The notes: generated by a model from the sequence alone, not told the origin. 64,000 nt of DNA from Phycisphaerae bacterium (GCA_035384605.1 DAOOIV010000007.1:50420-114419); one strand, 5' to 3'; counted from the stretch's first letter, positions 35,710 through 47,538 are shown. Translations and numbers: made by a program.

Positions 35710-36426
35710 ATGTTCGAAACCCTGACCCTTCTGGCAGACCATGCACTGTTGTGGGCCGGTCCTGTGCCCATGGCCGCCATCTATATCGTGTCGCTCATCC
35801 TGGGTGGCGGAATGCTGATCGTCTCCTCGATTCTCGGCGGGCATGCCTCCACGGATGTCCAGGTCGACGGCGGCTTTGATTTTTCCGGAGACGTACATAC
35901 CGATCTGCCTGGCGACATGCACGTCGACCCGAGCGGCGGTGCCGAAGGGGCGTTCGACGCCGCCGGTCACGGACACGACTGGCTGTCACTTACCTCGTGG
36001 TTTTCGATCAGTTTTGTGGTCTACTTTCTGGCGGTGTTCGGCCTTGTGGGCACGTCGTTGACCTATTTGTCGAACGTGCAGCCTCATGGCGTGGCCGCTC
36101 TCGCCGTGTTGACCGGGCTCCTGGCCGGACAAGGCGTTCACCACCTGTTGCGATTTCTGCGTCGAACCAGCGGCAACAGTGCACCAGGCATCGCCGAGTA
36201 TGTGAATCGGTCCGCCTGCGTGACGCTGGGCATCAACGGCCATAGCAAGGGTGAAGTCTCCGTGTCCGTGAGAGGCGGCATGCGATTCATCCCCGCGGTC
36301 GCCAGGCAGCCCAACGCCCGTTTCGAGAAGGGAGATCGGGTGGTCATTGTTGCGTTGAACGATGCGACGGCCGAGGTGGTCTCGCACGACGAATACGTTT
36401 CGTCCAAGGGCAGCGAGCCCGTCTGA
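35710..36426 (+). CDS. NfeD-family membrane protein (YqiJ/YuaF-like)
   Basis: N-terminal TM helices and a C-terminal OB-fold-like region. Immediately upstream of the flotillin gene (conserved NfeD-SPFH operon). Confidence 0.7.
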   Translation: MFETLTLLADHALLWAGPVPMAAIYIVSLILGGGMLIVSSILGGHASTDVQVDGGFDFSGDVHTDLPGDMHVDPSGGAEGAFDAAGHGHDWLSLTSWFSISFVVYFLAVFGLVGTSLTYLSNVQPHGVAALAVLTGLLAGQGVHHLLRFLRRTSGNSAPGIAEYVNRSACVTLGINGHSKGEVSVSVRGGMRFIPAVARQPNARFEKGDRVVIVALNDATAEVVSHDEYVSSKGSEPV

Positions 36427-36447
36427 TACCGAAGGAGGACATGCAAC

Positions 36448-37836
36448 ATGCACACACTCATTCTTGCCGCACCGCCCGGAGCGGACAGTTTTCTGGGGCC
36501 GGCACTGATCATCGGCCTCGGCCTGCTGGGCGTGGCGATCGCCATAGCGTTGCTGATCAGCAAACTCATGGTGGTCGGGAACCCCAGTGAAATGCTGGTC
36601 ATCAGCGGCAGGCGATCGGCCCAGGGGCAGGGGTACCGGACGCTCATCGGCGGTCGCACGCTGGTCATTCCGATCATCGAGAAGGTTTCGCGGATCAGCC
36701 TTCGCAACATGCAGGTCGGCCTGGAAGTCAGCGCCCAGTCGGGAGGCGGGAAGATGATTCCGGTAACCGTCACCGGTGTGGCGAACGTGAAAGTATCTTC
36801 GGAGCCCGACCTGCGCGGCAATGCGATCGAGCGATTTCTCGGCGAGCCGATGCAGGAGCTGCAGCGCGTGGCCCGCGAAACGCTGGAAGGCGGCCTGCGG
36901 GCGGTTATCGGCAAGATGACGCCTGAGGAGATTGTCGAAGATCGCGACAAGTTCGTGGCCACGGTCATGCGCGAGGTCACCGACGATTTTCGCAAGCTGG
37001 GGCTGACGATTGACAGCGTGAATATCCAGAACGTCCACGATGCCGAGCAGTACCTGGAATCAATCGCTCGCAAGGCTTCCGCAGAAGTCCGGGCCAGTGC
37101 CCGTCAGTACGAGGCCCAGAAGAAAGCCGACGCCGATATCAAGGAGGCTGAGGCCGACGCTATGGCGAGGAAGGCCCGCGCCGACCGCGACTCGGAAGCC
37201 CGATCGGCGGAGGCTGCCGCTCATCAGAGGGCTGAATCCGCCCGATTGGCTGCCGAGCAGTCCATCGCCGAGGCCGAGAACGCTCTTCGCATTCGCCGCG
37301 CCGAGCTGGCCCGCGAGGCCGAATTGAAAGAGGCCGAAACGCAGAAGGCCGCGGCTGCCAAGGAAGAGGCACGCCTGGTGGCCGCTCAGGTCAAGCCGGC
37401 CATCGCTGCTCGCGACGTGGCCAAGGCCAAGGCCGAAGGCGACGCGGCGCTGATCATGGAAGAGGGCAAAGCCCGTGCCGCCGCGATCGAAACCATCGGC
37501 AAGGCGATCCAAGCGCACCCCGACGCTCTCAAGGTCATGCTCGCCGAGATGATGCCGACCGCGATCCGCGAGATCACCAAGACGGTCGCCAACGTCGAAC
37601 TCGGCAGCGTGACGGTGATCGACGGCGATCAAGGCCGGGCCATCAGCGGCGCCGCCATGGGGCGGGCGCGGATGATCTCCGAATCGCTGGCCACGCTGGA
37701 GGCGGTCATGGGGATCGACCTGCGCAGACTGGCCCACAGCATCGCCGGGAACCTCGGCGGCGGAGACGGCAAGCAGGATACGCCCGCTGCTTCCGCCCAT
37801 GCGGCCACCGCCCCGCCCAAGAAACAGGACCGCTGA
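36448..37836 (+). CDS. Flotillin-like SPFH/Band-7 protein (FloT/YqiK family)
   Basis: N-terminal TM, SPFH core (EMLVISGRR...RTLVIPIIEKVSRISLRNMQVGLEVSAQ), then a long EA-rich coiled coil. Confidence 0.85.
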   Translation: MHTLILAAPPGADSFLGPALIIGLGLLGVAIAIALLISKLMVVGNPSEMLVISGRRSAQGQGYRTLIGGRTLVIPIIEKVSRISLRNMQVGLEVSAQSGGGKMIPVTVTGVANVKVSSEPDLRGNAIERFLGEPMQELQRVARETLEGGLRAVIGKMTPEEIVEDRDKFVATVMREVTDDFRKLGLTIDSVNIQNVHDAEQYLESIARKASAEVRASARQYEAQKKADADIKEAEADAMARKARADRDSEARSAEAAAHQRAESARLAAEQSIAEAENALRIRRAELAREAELKEAETQKAAAAKEEARLVAAQVKPAIAARDVAKAKAEGDAALIMEEGKARAAAIETIGKAIQAHPDALKVMLAEMMPTAIREITKTVANVELGSVTVIDGDQGRAISGAAMGRARMISESLATLEAVMGIDLRRLAHSIAGNLGGGDGKQDTPAASAHAATAPPKKQDR

Positions 37837-37906
37837 GCGACGCACGAGATTCACCGGCTTCGTGACGGCGTGTGATGGGTGGACCGCCAATCCGTGACCA
37901 CATGGG

Positions 37907-39700
37907 TCATAGGCCAGGTTGCCTGCCGATCTGTAGAATCCCCCACGCCAGCAGGATGAGGGCGCCGACGGCGAGCCAGCCGAGGATGAACCCGACAAGG
38001 TCCTCGCGGTACCGCCGGAAGAAGCCCTTCCACCGCTCAACGGTGAACCAGCCGGGCAGGTCGAGGAGCACGAGATCCTGGCCGCATTCAGCCGCCAGTT
38101 GACCCTGTCGGTCCGAGGTGTATCGCATTCTATCGAAGAACTCTTCCGTCCGCTCCTGGTCCTCGGGTCGGGTCAGCAGGCTGACAGCGACAAACAAGGT
38201 GAACCCGATCAGCGTTGCCCAGCCGTAGGGTCCGGGCGTCCATTTGTACACCAGCCGAAGCTCGCCGTTTCCGAGGAAGCCCCACAAAGCATCGGACCGG
38301 GCGGCGTTGATCATTCTCACCCACGCTTCGCTGAGGGTCCTGCTGGACGCGTCGGACGGGTCGACACGGCAGGTCATCAGAAAATTCAGTGCGTAGTACG
38401 CGCCGAACGCGGCGATTGTTGCGGTGAACGCGCCATAGCGATTCGCCCGTTTCCACAGGACGCCGCCGAGGAACATGATGCCCATGAAGGCGGCAATGGT
38501 CTCGGTAAAGAGAAACGCGTCCAGTACCCGCTCCACCGTCAGGGCGAACAGAATTCCCAGCCCGGTCAGCGCCAGCCCGGAGAGTCGCCCCACCATGAGC
38601 AGTTCTCTGTCGCCGGCCGCCGGCTTGAGGTAGTGAGCGTAGAGGTTGCGGGTGAACAGGGCTCCTGTGTTGACCATGAAGTTCGAGCAGGTGGACATGT
38701 TGGCCGCCAGGACGCAGGCAACCATCAGCCCCACCAATCCGGGGCCAAGCAGTTCGAGACAGGCGTAGCCGAAGGCATGTTCCGGATCGGGCAGCGAAAT
38801 GCCCCGTTGAAGCACCATCGCCGCGACCACCAGGCCGGTCAGCGCCCAACCGACGGTGCAGAGGCGTTTGACCAGGTTGCCGTACATCTGGCCGATACGG
38901 CCGGCTCGCTCCGTCCTGCCTGTAGCGTTCATGCTCAGGATGTGGGGCTGGGCCGTGATGCCCACCAGCCCGTTGATGGCCAGCATGGCGATCGTGAACG
39001 CGTCAAGGCCGCTGACATCGCTGTAAAGTGTGAAGAAATCGGGCGGAATCGTTGCCCGCATTCCCTGGAAACCGCCGACGGCCGACAGCCCCGCAGGAAT
39101 GAGCAGGAACGACAGCAGGATGATGAGGAAGCCCTGGACGAAATCGGTGTAAGCTGACGCGATCAGCCCGCCGAAGAAACTGTAAAGAATGAAGGTTGCC
39201 GTCATCGCCATGACCACACCGTTGGGCGAGATGATCTGCCCGCCTGTGGCCACGGAGATGATCTTGCCCGCCCCTTTGAGCATGGCCCCCTGGTTGAAGA
39301 CGAAGAACGCGATGGCAAAGACGGTGTAGAGGAGCCCCAGCCTGCGGCCGTAGCGGTCTTCGATAATCTCACCGATGGTCGTGCGGTTGCTGCGGCGGTA
39401 CCACGGGCTCATCAGCCAGTAGAACGGCGTGATGAGCATGTTCTTCCACTGGTACCAGATGGTGGCAAAGCCATGCTGGCAGGAGGCCCCGGTCTGGGCG
39501 ACGGGGTTCTCGGCGTTCGTTCCGGTGCCGAACGCCTGGCCCATCATGACCCACCAGGGCAGTTGGCGGTCGCCGAGGAAGTAACCGCCGCTACTGCGAA
39601 TCTTGCGGGCCATCCAGAGACCGAACGTCACGATGCCCACAAAGTAGACGATCAGAACGATCCAATCCCAGTGGGTGAACCCGGCACTGCCCAAGACCAT
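37907..39700 (-). CDS. Sodium:solute symporter family (SSF) transporter
   Basis: About 13 TM helices. The N-terminus MVLGSAGFTHWDWIVLIVYFVGIVTFGLWMARK is typical of SSF. Confidence 0.8.
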   Translation of the reverse strand: MVLGSAGFTHWDWIVLIVYFVGIVTFGLWMARKIRSSGGYFLGDRQLPWWVMMGQAFGTGTNAENPVAQTGASCQHGFATIWYQWKNMLITPFYWLMSPWYRRSNRTTIGEIIEDRYGRRLGLLYTVFAIAFFVFNQGAMLKGAGKIISVATGGQIISPNGVVMAMTATFILYSFFGGLIASAYTDFVQGFLIILLSFLLIPAGLSAVGGFQGMRATIPPDFFTLYSDVSGLDAFTIAMLAINGLVGITAQPHILSMNATGRTERAGRIGQMYGNLVKRLCTVGWALTGLVVAAMVLQRGISLPDPEHAFGYACLELLGPGLVGLMVACVLAANMSTCSNFMVNTGALFTRNLYAHYLKPAAGDRELLMVGRLSGLALTGLGILFALTVERVLDAFLFTETIAAFMGIMFLGGVLWKRANRYGAFTATIAAFGAYYALNFLMTCRVDPSDASSRTLSEAWVRMINAARSDALWGFLGNGELRLVYKWTPGPYGWATLIGFTLFVAVSLLTRPEDQERTEEFFDRMRYTSDRQGQLAAECGQDLVLLDLPGWFTVERWKGFFRRYREDLVGFILGWLAVGALILLAWGILQIGRQPGL

Positions 39701-39923
39701 GCTGCTGCCCGCCTTTCCGCACGAGTGTTTGCCTGCTTGAGCCGCTCGCGGCCGGAGTCCCCAACGGGCAGCCTATAACCGAAGTCTGGCATTGCGTCAG
39801 AGGCCGCAGCCGGGCGCTCGATCGACGCGGACAGAATAACTGATCGGGTTGCCGGGGACCACGTGGCCCGCGTTTTCCGGCCGCTCGACCGCGGAGTGCC
39901 TCATCCGGTATAATCTTGGGCTC

Positions 39924-40256
39924 ATGAATGGAACTTACGGCACAATCCGAAGTCGCGCACTACGGCGGGAGGCCGTCTCGCCGGTGGGGCTGGCGGCTTT
40001 GGTTGCGGCGCTGCACCTGGCGGTATGGACCGGTCGCGTTTCTGCTCGATGGGCAGGTGCTCGACCGGGCGCCTTGGTGATTTGGCGGATGCCGCAGGAC
40101 GCCATTCGGGTTGCGGCCGGCAAATCCGCCCAGCCGCCATCACGTCCGACCCAGACCTACTCGGTCGGACAGCTCGCCTTGGCCGTCGGCATGGCCGTTG
40201 TGACTTTGGCGGGCTGGCTCCACATCATGCGGTTGACCGGCGTACACGACGAATGA
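39924..40256 (+). CDS. Possible small membrane protein (2 TM)
   Basis: A TATAAT-like hexamer lies a few nt upstream of the ATG (possible leaderless mRNA). Weak support. Confidence 0.25.
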   Translation: MNGTYGTIRSRALRREAVSPVGLAALVAALHLAVWTGRVSARWAGARPGALVIWRMPQDAIRVAAGKSAQPPSRPTQTYSVGQLALAVGMAVVTLAGWLHIMRLTGVHDE

Positions 40257-40388
40257 CACCGCCTGCGACCTTTGCCGCAAACCCACGCGAACCGACGAAA
40301 CCCCTCAATCGTGAAACGGATTCTGGACGACGCAAATGACGTTCAACCCCGGCGTAGATGACAGGTCATTGAAGACAACGGTGATGTC

Positions 40389-43300
40389 ATGGTGGACATT
40401 CTGAGTGTTCCCGGCTTGCTGCTGCGAAAGGTTTTCGGAACGCGCAATGAACGCCTCCTCAAACGGCTGGGCATTGTGGCCGACCGTGTTCTGACTCTGG
40501 AAGAGGAAATCCGTCAACTCGCGCCCGAGCAGTTGCGGGCGAAGACCGACGAGTTCAAGAAGCGATTGGCGGACGGCGAACCGGTGGCGTCGGTCCTGCC
40601 GGAAGCCTTCGCCGTGCTTCGCGAGGCGTCCGACCGGGCCCAGAAGCATCGGCACTTCCACTGCCAGGTTATCGGCGGGCAGGTTCTGTACCAGGGCAAC
40701 GTGGCCGAGATGCGGACGGGCGAGGGCAAGACGATCGTCTGCCATCTGGCCGCATACATGAAGTTCCTTCAAGGGAAGAAAGCCCACATTGTCACGGTCA
40801 ACGACTACCTGGTTCGCCGCGATGCCGAGTTCGCCAAGCCGATATTCGAGTTGCTCGGCGCGACCGTGGGCTTCATCCAGGCGCAGGTTGATCCGGGCGG
40901 GCATGAGGGCATCCGCCAAGCGGCCTATGCTTGCGACATCACCTATGGTACCAACAGCGAGTTCGGCTTCGATTACCTGCGCGACAACATGAAGATCCGA
41001 TACGAGGATCAGGTGCAGGGCCGCCTTGACTATGCCATTGTCGACGAGGTGGACTCCATTCTCATCGACGAGGCCCGCACGCCGCTGATCATCAGCGGGC
41101 CCGCCCACGGCGACGTCGGCCGGTACAAGTGGGCAGACAGCATCGCCAGATCGCTGGTACGTCAGCAGCAAAGTCTCAACAACGAGACCGCCCGCCGTAT
41201 CAGTGAGTGGGGCGACAATCCGCCCGAACACTTAAGGGCCAACCCGAAATTCGAGGATGCGATCAAGCGATTCCGCGTCGACCCGTACATGCTGACGGAG
41301 GACGAGGCCGAGGCGATCGGCCACCGTCAGTTGTACGTGGTCCAGCAGGACCGCAAGCAGGTTCAGATCACCCATGAAGGTGTCCAGCGGGCCCAGGACG
41401 AGGCCGGCATCGGCAGCTTCTACGTCGGGGAAAACATGGAGTGTCCGCACCTGATCGAAAACGCGCTGCGGGCCCATGTCGTCTACGAGCGCGACAAGGA
41501 ATACGTGGTCCAGGATCGGCAGGTGATCATCGTCGACGAGTTCACCGGCCGGCTTATGCACGGACGGCAATGGTCCGACGGCCTGCACCAGGCGGTCGAG
41601 GCTAAGGAGGGCGTGCCGGTCAAGGAAGAAACGCAGACCATGGCCACGATCACCATCCAGAACTTCTGCAAACTCTACGAGCATCTCGCGGGCATGACCG
41701 GCACGGCCATGACCGAGTCCGAAGAGTTCATGAAGATCTACAAGCTGGAGGTGGTGGCCATTCCGACGAACCGGCCCGTTAACCGGCTGGATCATAATGA
41801 CCGGATCTACCGCACGTTCAAAAACAAGTACGAAATGATCGTGGAGGAGATCCACGAGATGCACCGCCGCGGCCGTCCGAACGACCCCTTCCTGCTTGCG
41901 GAAGTGTTCAACCGGCTCAAGCCGATTATCCAAGAAACCCCCGACCTTTCCGAAGACCGGCGAAACGAGCAGATCGAGGCCATCGAGCAAGCCCTGCAGC
42001 AGTTTCGCGACGCTGAGAACGGCGACACCCAAGTCACGCGGGCCATGATGGAGACTTACGATCGCGTAATGGGCAATCTGGCAACGGGGCGCCCCATCCT
42101 GGTCGGCACCACCAGCGTCGAGAACTCCGAGAGGCTGTCACAACTGTTGATCAAGACCTACGGGATCGAACACGAGGTTCTGAACGCCAAGAACCACGCT
42201 CGCGAAGCGGAGATCGTGGCCAAGGCCGGGCATCGGCACGAGCCGACCCGCGGGACGGAGAATCTGCCGCTGGGCAATGTCACCATCGCCACGAACATGG
42301 CCGGGCGAGGAACGGACATCAAGCTTGAAGAGGGCGTGGTTTACGGCAAGTGCAAGGTACCGCAGGATGTGCGCACGATGATACCGGAGTACCCTGCGGC
42401 CTCGCTGCGTCTGTTTCCTCCGGGCTCGACCAAGTGCTGCATCAACTGCCCCGAATACAACGCCGCGACGGCCTGCAGCCATTGCTTCAAGCCGAAACTC
42501 GATTCTCGATTCCCGGCGATGGGACGACACATCTGCTCTCTGAACGCCCCCTGCGGTTTGCATATCGTCGGCAGCGAGCGGCATGAGGCCCGGCGGATCG
42601 ACAATCAGCTTCGCGGCCGGGCCGGACGCCAGGGTGACCCGGGGTCAAGCCGGTTCTTCCTTTCGCTCGAAGACGATCTGCTCAAGCTGTTCATGCCCGA
42701 GTGGATGCTCAAGATGATGGAGAGACTGGGGTTCACCGAGGGCGTGAGCCTGGAGGACAAGCGCATCTCGAAGGGCATCGAGCGGGCCCAGAGAAAGGTC
42801 GAGGAGCGCAACTTCTCGATTCGGAAGCATCTGCTCGAGTGGGACGAGCCGATGGATTACCAGCGTCGCGCGTTCTACAAGGAGCGTCAGCAGATTCTGG
42901 AGGGCCGACAGCTCAGCGACCTGATCTGGCGCATGATTGAGGAAACCGTCGAGGAAGCGGTGGCCGACTACCTGGCCGAGGACTATATGGCCCGCCGGAT
43001 CAGCGATTGGTGCAAGAACAATCTCGATGTAGCCATTGATGCCGAGGTTCTTGAGGGCGACGATGCGGCACACCTGCAGCGGATCATTCGCGAAAAAGCC
43101 AAGGACGAGATCCGCGACGCGATCCGCACGTCACTCGGCGAGTACATCGACGAAGAGGAGGGTTCCGCTGCCTGGGACGTTGGTGGTCTGCTGAAGTGGG
43201 CTCAGCGGATGTTTCCGGTGTCGACGACGCAGAACCAGCTTCGGAAGATGACGCCGGCAGAGATTGAGGACCTGCTCACGCAGGCCGCCGATGCTCACTA

Positions 43301-44351
43301 TGACCAGGTGGATCTTTCCGCCATCGAGGCGTACCTGGACCCGCAATATGCCCGTCGTGCCCTCGCAGATTGGGCGCGCAACAAGTTCGGGATTGCGATC
43401 AAGGCCGACGAGATCGCCGAGGGCGCCGAGGAGAAGGTCAAGGAGGTGATTTACGCGAAGGTTCGCGAGGCCTACACCCAGCGGGAAATATACTATCCGG
43501 TCGAAACCGTCCTGAAACAGGCGTTTGGATCGACCGGGACCGACAACGTCTACGCCTGTCAGGCCGTCGTCGGCTGGGCAAACGCGAAATACCAACTCGG
43601 GTGGAACAGTGAGCGATTCGTCGGTCGTCCCATCAAGGACATCGCTGATGAACTCGTCCAGGCCGGGCGCGATTTTCTCGAAGGCGGCCGGCTCGAACAT
43701 GAGATTGACGGGGCCCTCTCGCGGTACGGCGCCACGGGCAACGGTGAACTGTACGAGTGGGCTCGGAAGCGATTCGGTAAGGCCCTGAACGAAAAGGCGC
43801 TGAGATCGGGCGCCGAGGAGCCCCGCGAGGTGCTGCTCAATGCCGGTCGCCAATTGGCTCGCTGGGAGCTGACCCAGCTCGAGCGATGGGTGCTGTTGCG
43901 GATCTACGATCAGGGCTGGAAAGACCACCTGCTGGAGATGGATCATCTCAAGCACGCGATCATGCAGCGCCCCCTGGGCGGCGATCAGACCCACCCGCAA
44001 AGCCAGTATGCCATCGAAGGCCGCGAGCAGTTCCGGCAGATGTGGAAAACCATTCGGGAGCGGGTGACAGACATGATCTTCAAGGTCTCGCATGGTCAGG
44101 CGGGCGAGGGGGCGGAGGAGTCCCGACGCACCTCCCATTTGGAGGCCCGTCACGACTCATCCGTGGGAGCCGGCTTTGCCGGGGCTTCAGAAGACCAGCA
44201 GGCGGCCATGCGGGCCCAAGGCGAGGGGGCCAAGCCCGTGACCATCCGACGCGAGGCTCCCAAAGTCGGCCGCAACGATCCGTGCCCTTGCGGTTCAGGC
44301 AAGAAATACAAACAATGTCACGGAAGGAAAGAGCCGTTGAGGAGGAGCTGA
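40389..44351 (+). CDS. secA: Preprotein translocase ATPase SecA (1320 aa, with large insertions including a Cys-rich segment, plus C-terminal SEC-C zinc motif)
   Basis: KTDEFKKRL...AFAVLREA. Walker [36 protein letters not shown]...[31 protein letters not shown]-terminal [19 protein letters not shown]. Confidence 0.95.
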   Translation: MVDILSVPGLLLRKVFGTRNERLLKRLGIVADRVLTLEEEIRQLAPEQLRAKTDEFKKRLADGEPVASVLPEAFAVLREASDRAQKHRHFHCQVIGGQVLYQGNVAEMRTGEGKTIVCHLAAYMKFLQGKKAHIVTVNDYLVRRDAEFAKPIFELLGATVGFIQAQVDPGGHEGIRQAAYACDITYGTNSEFGFDYLRDNMKIRYEDQVQGRLDYAIVDEVDSILIDEARTPLIISGPAHGDVGRYKWADSIARSLVRQQQSLNNETARRISEWGDNPPEHLRANPKFEDAIKRFRVDPYMLTEDEAEAIGHRQLYVVQQDRKQVQITHEGVQRAQDEAGIGSFYVGENMECPHLIENALRAHVVYERDKEYVVQDRQVIIVDEFTGRLMHGRQWSDGLHQAVEAKEGVPVKEETQTMATITIQNFCKLYEHLAGMTGTAMTESEEFMKIYKLEVVAIPTNRPVNRLDHNDRIYRTFKNKYEMIVEEIHEMHRRGRPNDPFLLAEVFNRLKPIIQETPDLSEDRRNEQIEAIEQALQQFRDAENGDTQVTRAMMETYDRVMGNLATGRPILVGTTSVENSERLSQLLIKTYGIEHEVLNAKNHAREAEIVAKAGHRHEPTRGTENLPLGNVTIATNMAGRGTDIKLEEGVVYGKCKVPQDVRTMIPEYPAASLRLFPPGSTKCCINCPEYNAATACSHCFKPKLDSRFPAMGRHICSLNAPCGLHIVGSERHEARRIDNQLRGRAGRQGDPGSSRFFLSLEDDLLKLFMPEWMLKMMERLGFTEGVSLEDKRISKGIERAQRKVEERNFSIRKHLLEWDEPMDYQRRAFYKERQQILEGRQLSDLIWRMIEETVEEAVADYLAEDYMARRISDWCKNNLDVAIDAEVLEGDDAAHLQRIIREKAKDEIRDAIRTSLGEYIDEEEGSAAWDVGGLLKWAQRMFPVSTTQNQLRKMTPAEIEDLLTQAADAHYDQVDLSAIEAYLDPQYARRALADWARNKFGIAIKADEIAEGAEEKVKEVIYAKVREAYTQREIYYPVETVLKQAFGSTGTDNVYACQAVVGWANAKYQLGWNSERFVGRPIKDIADELVQAGRDFLEGGRLEHEIDGALSRYGATGNGELYEWARKRFGKALNEKALRSGAEEPREVLLNAGRQLARWELTQLERWVLLRIYDQGWKDHLLEMDHLKHAIMQRPLGGDQTHPQSQYAIEGREQFRQMWKTIRERVTDMIFKVSHGQAGEGAEESRRTSHLEARHDSSVGAGFAGASEDQQAAMRAQGEGAKPVTIRREAPKVGRNDPCPCGSGKKYKQCHGRKEPLRRS

Positions 44352-44354
44352 CGC

Positions 44355-44561
44355 ATGGCGCTGAGAGACAACAGCGAAGGAAACCGCTTTGACCGCCGCA
44401 AGCAGAGGGAGGAATGGCGCAAGGCGGGCCTTCCCGGCAAGGACGAAGAACCGCTGCCGCCGCCAGTCGAGCCCATTCGTGCCGATAAGAAAGAGGTCGG
44501 TCGCAACGACCCTTGCCCCTGCGGATCGGGGAAGAAGTACAAGAAATGCTGTGGTAAGTGA
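44355..44561 (+). CDS. Small SEC-C motif (zinc-binding) protein
   Basis: C-terminal [21 protein letters not shown] duplicates the SecA C-terminal metal-binding motif. Starts 4 nt after the secA stop. Confidence 0.65.
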   Translation: MALRDNSEGNRFDRRKQREEWRKAGLPGKDEEPLPPPVEPIRADKKEVGRNDPCPCGSGKKYKKCCGK

Positions 44562-44956
44562 TGGCGACACTCAATCATTGGTTCGTGGAGTTCTGGCGGG
44601 ATTTCGAGGTCTGGGACAAACTGCGGGATCCCTGGGTCTGGTTCGGGTTTGGAGCTCAGGCGTTGTTCTTCGGGCGGTTTCTCTGGCAGTGGATCGTCAG
44701 TGAGCGCCGCGGACACAGCACCATACCCATTGCCTTCTGGTATCTGTCGCTCTCGGGGGGAGGGGCTCTGTTCATTTATGCCTGGCATCAACGCGACCTG
44801 GTCATCATGCTCGGCCAGTTGCTGGCCTGCGCGATCTACTTTCGCAACCTCATGCTGATTTACGGGCAGGCGAGGCGCCGGGCCTTGGCGGGTCTGCCCA
44901 AAGCCAAGCTTCGTTCGGAGGTTAGCGGCGAGAATGATTCGGAGGCCGGGTACTGA
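44558..44956 (+). CDS. Lipid-A-biosynthesis N-terminal (LAB_N) domain membrane protein
   Basis: [27 protein letters not shown]...[19 protein letters not shown] matches the LAB_N fold pattern. Overlaps the previous gene by 4 nt. Confidence 0.65.
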   Translation: MMATLNHWFVEFWRDFEVWDKLRDPWVWFGFGAQALFFGRFLWQWIVSERRGHSTIPIAFWYLSLSGGGALFIYAWHQRDLVIMLGQLLACAIYFRNLMLIYGQARRRALAGLPKAKLRSEVSGENDSEAGY

Positions 44957-45051
44957 GCCGCGGGCCTGTGTCCCGGGAGCGACGAGAGATCGCAAGTGCC
45001 TGTTAACAAGATGGTTATTTCTATTGGACCCTTTCCTTTCGCGTCCGTATA

Positions 45052-45381
45052 ATGAATAAGGGAGACGGCTCCTTGTGGTTTGCCCAGACAAGCCGGCCGG
45101 ATGTGTGGGAGAAGGCTCTGCCGATCCTGTGGGTCGGTTTTGGGCTCATTCTTGCGGCAGTCGTCTTTGGTGCAGCGATCATTTGGTGGCGGCGACGGTC
45201 GCTTGCTGACGAGCCGACGCCGGGCGAGGTCTGGACCTTGGATGACCTTCGCCGGATGAGGGCGGAGGGCAGTCTGACCGAGGACGAATACCAGCGCCTG
45301 CGCGAGACGATGATCGCCGCCTACAAGAGCAGGGTTGCCAAGAGCCCGGAGGCCGATTCCAGCCCTGAGAAGCGAGTTTGA
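45052..45381 (+). CDS. Small membrane protein with SHOCT-like C-terminal motif
   Basis: One TM helix, then LDDLRRMRAEGSLTEDEYQRLRETMIAAY. Confidence 0.5.
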   Translation: MNKGDGSLWFAQTSRPDVWEKALPILWVGFGLILAAVVFGAAIIWWRRRSLADEPTPGEVWTLDDLRRMRAEGSLTEDEYQRLRETMIAAYKSRVAKSPEADSSPEKRV

Positions 45382-45659
45382 GCGCGGTTCGGGCGGGCAG
45401 GATTTTGATCTCCAGAAAGCCCGTATCGCGTGTCGATAGAACCGGACACAGCCTGTTATCCGGGTGTACTCCCGGCGGGTGTCCAGCCGCTGAAGGTGAG
45501 CGAGGCGAGAGGTCAGGCGCAGGAAGATCGATCGGGGGTCCATTCCCGTGAGCCGTGCGGGACGGGCTTGCAGCCCGTTGTGATACGGGCAAGACGGCAA
45601 CCCCACATCGGGTGGGTCTGACGATTGATCAGACGATTGATCATTGGTGAGAGGTTTTC

Positions 45660-46967
45660 ATGGCAGGTACACGCGGGCCGACAGGAGGGACGGGCGGACC
45701 GGGGCGTCCCGGGCGTCGCAGCACGTCATGCAGTTTCTGCGGCAAGAGCCAGCGTGAGGCGGCACCCATGGTCGAAGGTCCCGGCGACGTGTACATCTGC
45801 GCCGCTTGCGTGGATCTTTGCCAGAACATCATCAAGCAGGAGAAACGCAAGAGCGGCCCCGCGAGGCACTTGGCCAGCTCCATCCCGCCACCGCGGCAGA
45901 TCAAAGAGTTCCTGGACCAATACGTCATCGGGCAGGAGCACGCCAAGCGGGCTCTGGCCGTGGCCGTCCATAACCACTACAAGCGACTGGCCCACACCGA
46001 CGGGGCGGACGAAGACGACGTCGAAATCGACAAGTCGAACGTCCTTTTGATCGGGCCCACCGGATCGGGCAAGACGCTGCTGGCTCGCACGCTCGCGCGC
46101 GTCCTGAACGTTCCGTTCGCCATCGGCGATGCGACCACTTTGACCGAGGCGGGATACGTCGGCGAGGACGTGGAGAACATCCTGCTCCGTTTGCTCCAGA
46201 ACGCAGATTATGATCTTGAGGCCGCCCAGCGAGGGATCGTCTACATCGACGAGATCGACAAGATCGGCAAGACGAGTCAGAACGTCAGCATCACCCGCGA
46301 CGTCAGCGGCGAAGGCGTTCAACAGGCTCTGCTCAAAATGCTCGAGGGCACCATCTCGAACATACCGCCGCAAGGCGGCCGGAAGCACCCCGAACAGCAG
46401 TACATCCAGATGGACACGACGCACATTCTGTTCATCTGCGGCGGCACGTTCGTCGGCCTCGACGAGATTATCGGAAGGCGGTTGGGCAAATCGACCATCG
46501 GTTTCATGGGCGAGATGAGCGGTAAGTCGACCAAGGACAGCACGGTTCGCGATCGGAACATTCTCAGAAGCGTGACGCCCGACGACCTGGTGACTTTCGG
46601 TATGATTCCCGAACTGGTGGGCCGGCTGCCGGTTATCACCGCTCTGGACCAGTTGGACGAGGGAACCCTCGTGCGGATCCTGACCGAGCCCAAGAACGCC
46701 CTGGTTCGCCAGTATCAGCGTTTCTTTGAGATGGAAGGATGCGAGCTGGAGTTTACCGGCGCGGCACTCAAGGTCATCGCCGAGCGGGCCATGGAGCGAG
46801 ACACCGGCGCCCGAGCTCTGCGCGGCGTGATGGAAGACCTGATGCTGGACGTGATGTATCGTCTGCCCGAGGAAGGCAAGAACGGCCGATTCGTCGTTAC
46901 CGAGGAGGTTGCACGCGGAGAAGTCGACCTCTTCACCCAAAGGGCCCGGCGCAAGGAATCGGCCTAG
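45660..46967 (+). CDS. clpX: ATP-dependent Clp protease ATP-binding subunit ClpX
   Basis: Zinc-binding CSFCGK...ICAACV. Walker [21 protein letters not shown]. Walker [11 protein letters not shown]. Confidence 0.95.
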   Translation: MAGTRGPTGGTGGPGRPGRRSTSCSFCGKSQREAAPMVEGPGDVYICAACVDLCQNIIKQEKRKSGPARHLASSIPPPRQIKEFLDQYVIGQEHAKRALAVAVHNHYKRLAHTDGADEDDVEIDKSNVLLIGPTGSGKTLLARTLARVLNVPFAIGDATTLTEAGYVGEDVENILLRLLQNADYDLEAAQRGIVYIDEIDKIGKTSQNVSITRDVSGEGVQQALLKMLEGTISNIPPQGGRKHPEQQYIQMDTTHILFICGGTFVGLDEIIGRRLGKSTIGFMGEMSGKSTKDSTVRDRNILRSVTPDDLVTFGMIPELVGRLPVITALDQLDEGTLVRILTEPKNALVRQYQRFFEMEGCELEFTGAALKVIAERAMERDTGARALRGVMEDLMLDVMYRLPEEGKNGRFVVTEEVARGEVDLFTQRARRKESA

Positions 46968-47305
46968 ATTCTCTCATGACGCTCTCGATATCGACCCATG
47001 CCTCGAGGTCCGGTGCCTCGGGGCATTTTTGTTGGAACCGCCCCCGTCTGTTATTCGGCGCGCTGGCAAGCATTCCCGACTCGTTATAGACTGCCCTTGC
47101 TGAGGCGGTCGGCGCGGTAACCGAGGAGGCCCATTACATCGCCGTGAGAATCAAGGATAAGAGATGAAGGAGGAAGGATGTGGCAAGTGAGGCTTTGCCC
47201 GCCGCCGGAGATAGGGTGGGACGACCGGGACCTTCCGCGTGGAGGATTTCCATTGCCATTCTTGCCGAACGCGGGATACCTTCCGCGAGAGGATGCGGCC
47301 CGGAA

Positions 47306-47432
47306 AGGATTCCGGGCCGAGCGGTAGCGGATTCCGGGCCAAGCGGTAGCGGATTCCGGGCCGAGCGGTAGCGGATTCCGGGCCGAGCGGTAGCGGATTC
47401 CGGGCCAAGCGGTAGCGGATTCCGGGCCGAGC
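47306..47432. repeat. Tandem 22-bp repeat array (about 6 units, GGATTCCGGGCC(G/A)AGCGGTAGC)
   Basis: Head-to-tail units with no spacers. Shares the 17-nt core GGATTCCGGGCCGAGCG with the array at 18889. Confidence 0.8.
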
Positions 47433-47538
47433 GGACACCGGGACTTTCCATCTTTCATCCTTTCGCCTTCATCCTTTTGTGGATGACAGGAGCCTCACGG
47501 CGATGGAGCGCGCCTTCCGGGCGCATGGAGACTCATCG

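Noticed and set aside
35986-37073. 350-aa and 311-aa minus ORFs
   Set aside because: Antisense to the NfeD/flotillin genes.
38099-39157. 352-aa + ORF
   Set aside because: Antisense to the SSF transporter gene, which has a clear 13-TM topology.
41232-44153. Minus-strand ORFs of 266 and 340 aa
   Set aside because: Antisense to secA.
45390-45659. Possible structured RNA or tRNA upstream of clpX (GGGCTTGCAGCCC hairpin)
   Set aside because: No T-loop (GTTCRAnYC) or acceptor-stem pairing consistent with a tRNA. Only a short generic hairpin.
45726-46940. 404-aa minus ORF
   Set aside because: Antisense to clpX.
47084-47458. ORFs encoding repetitive PGIRYRSARNP peptides
   Set aside because: Pure translation of the 22-bp tandem DNA repeat in three frames. 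Not genes.
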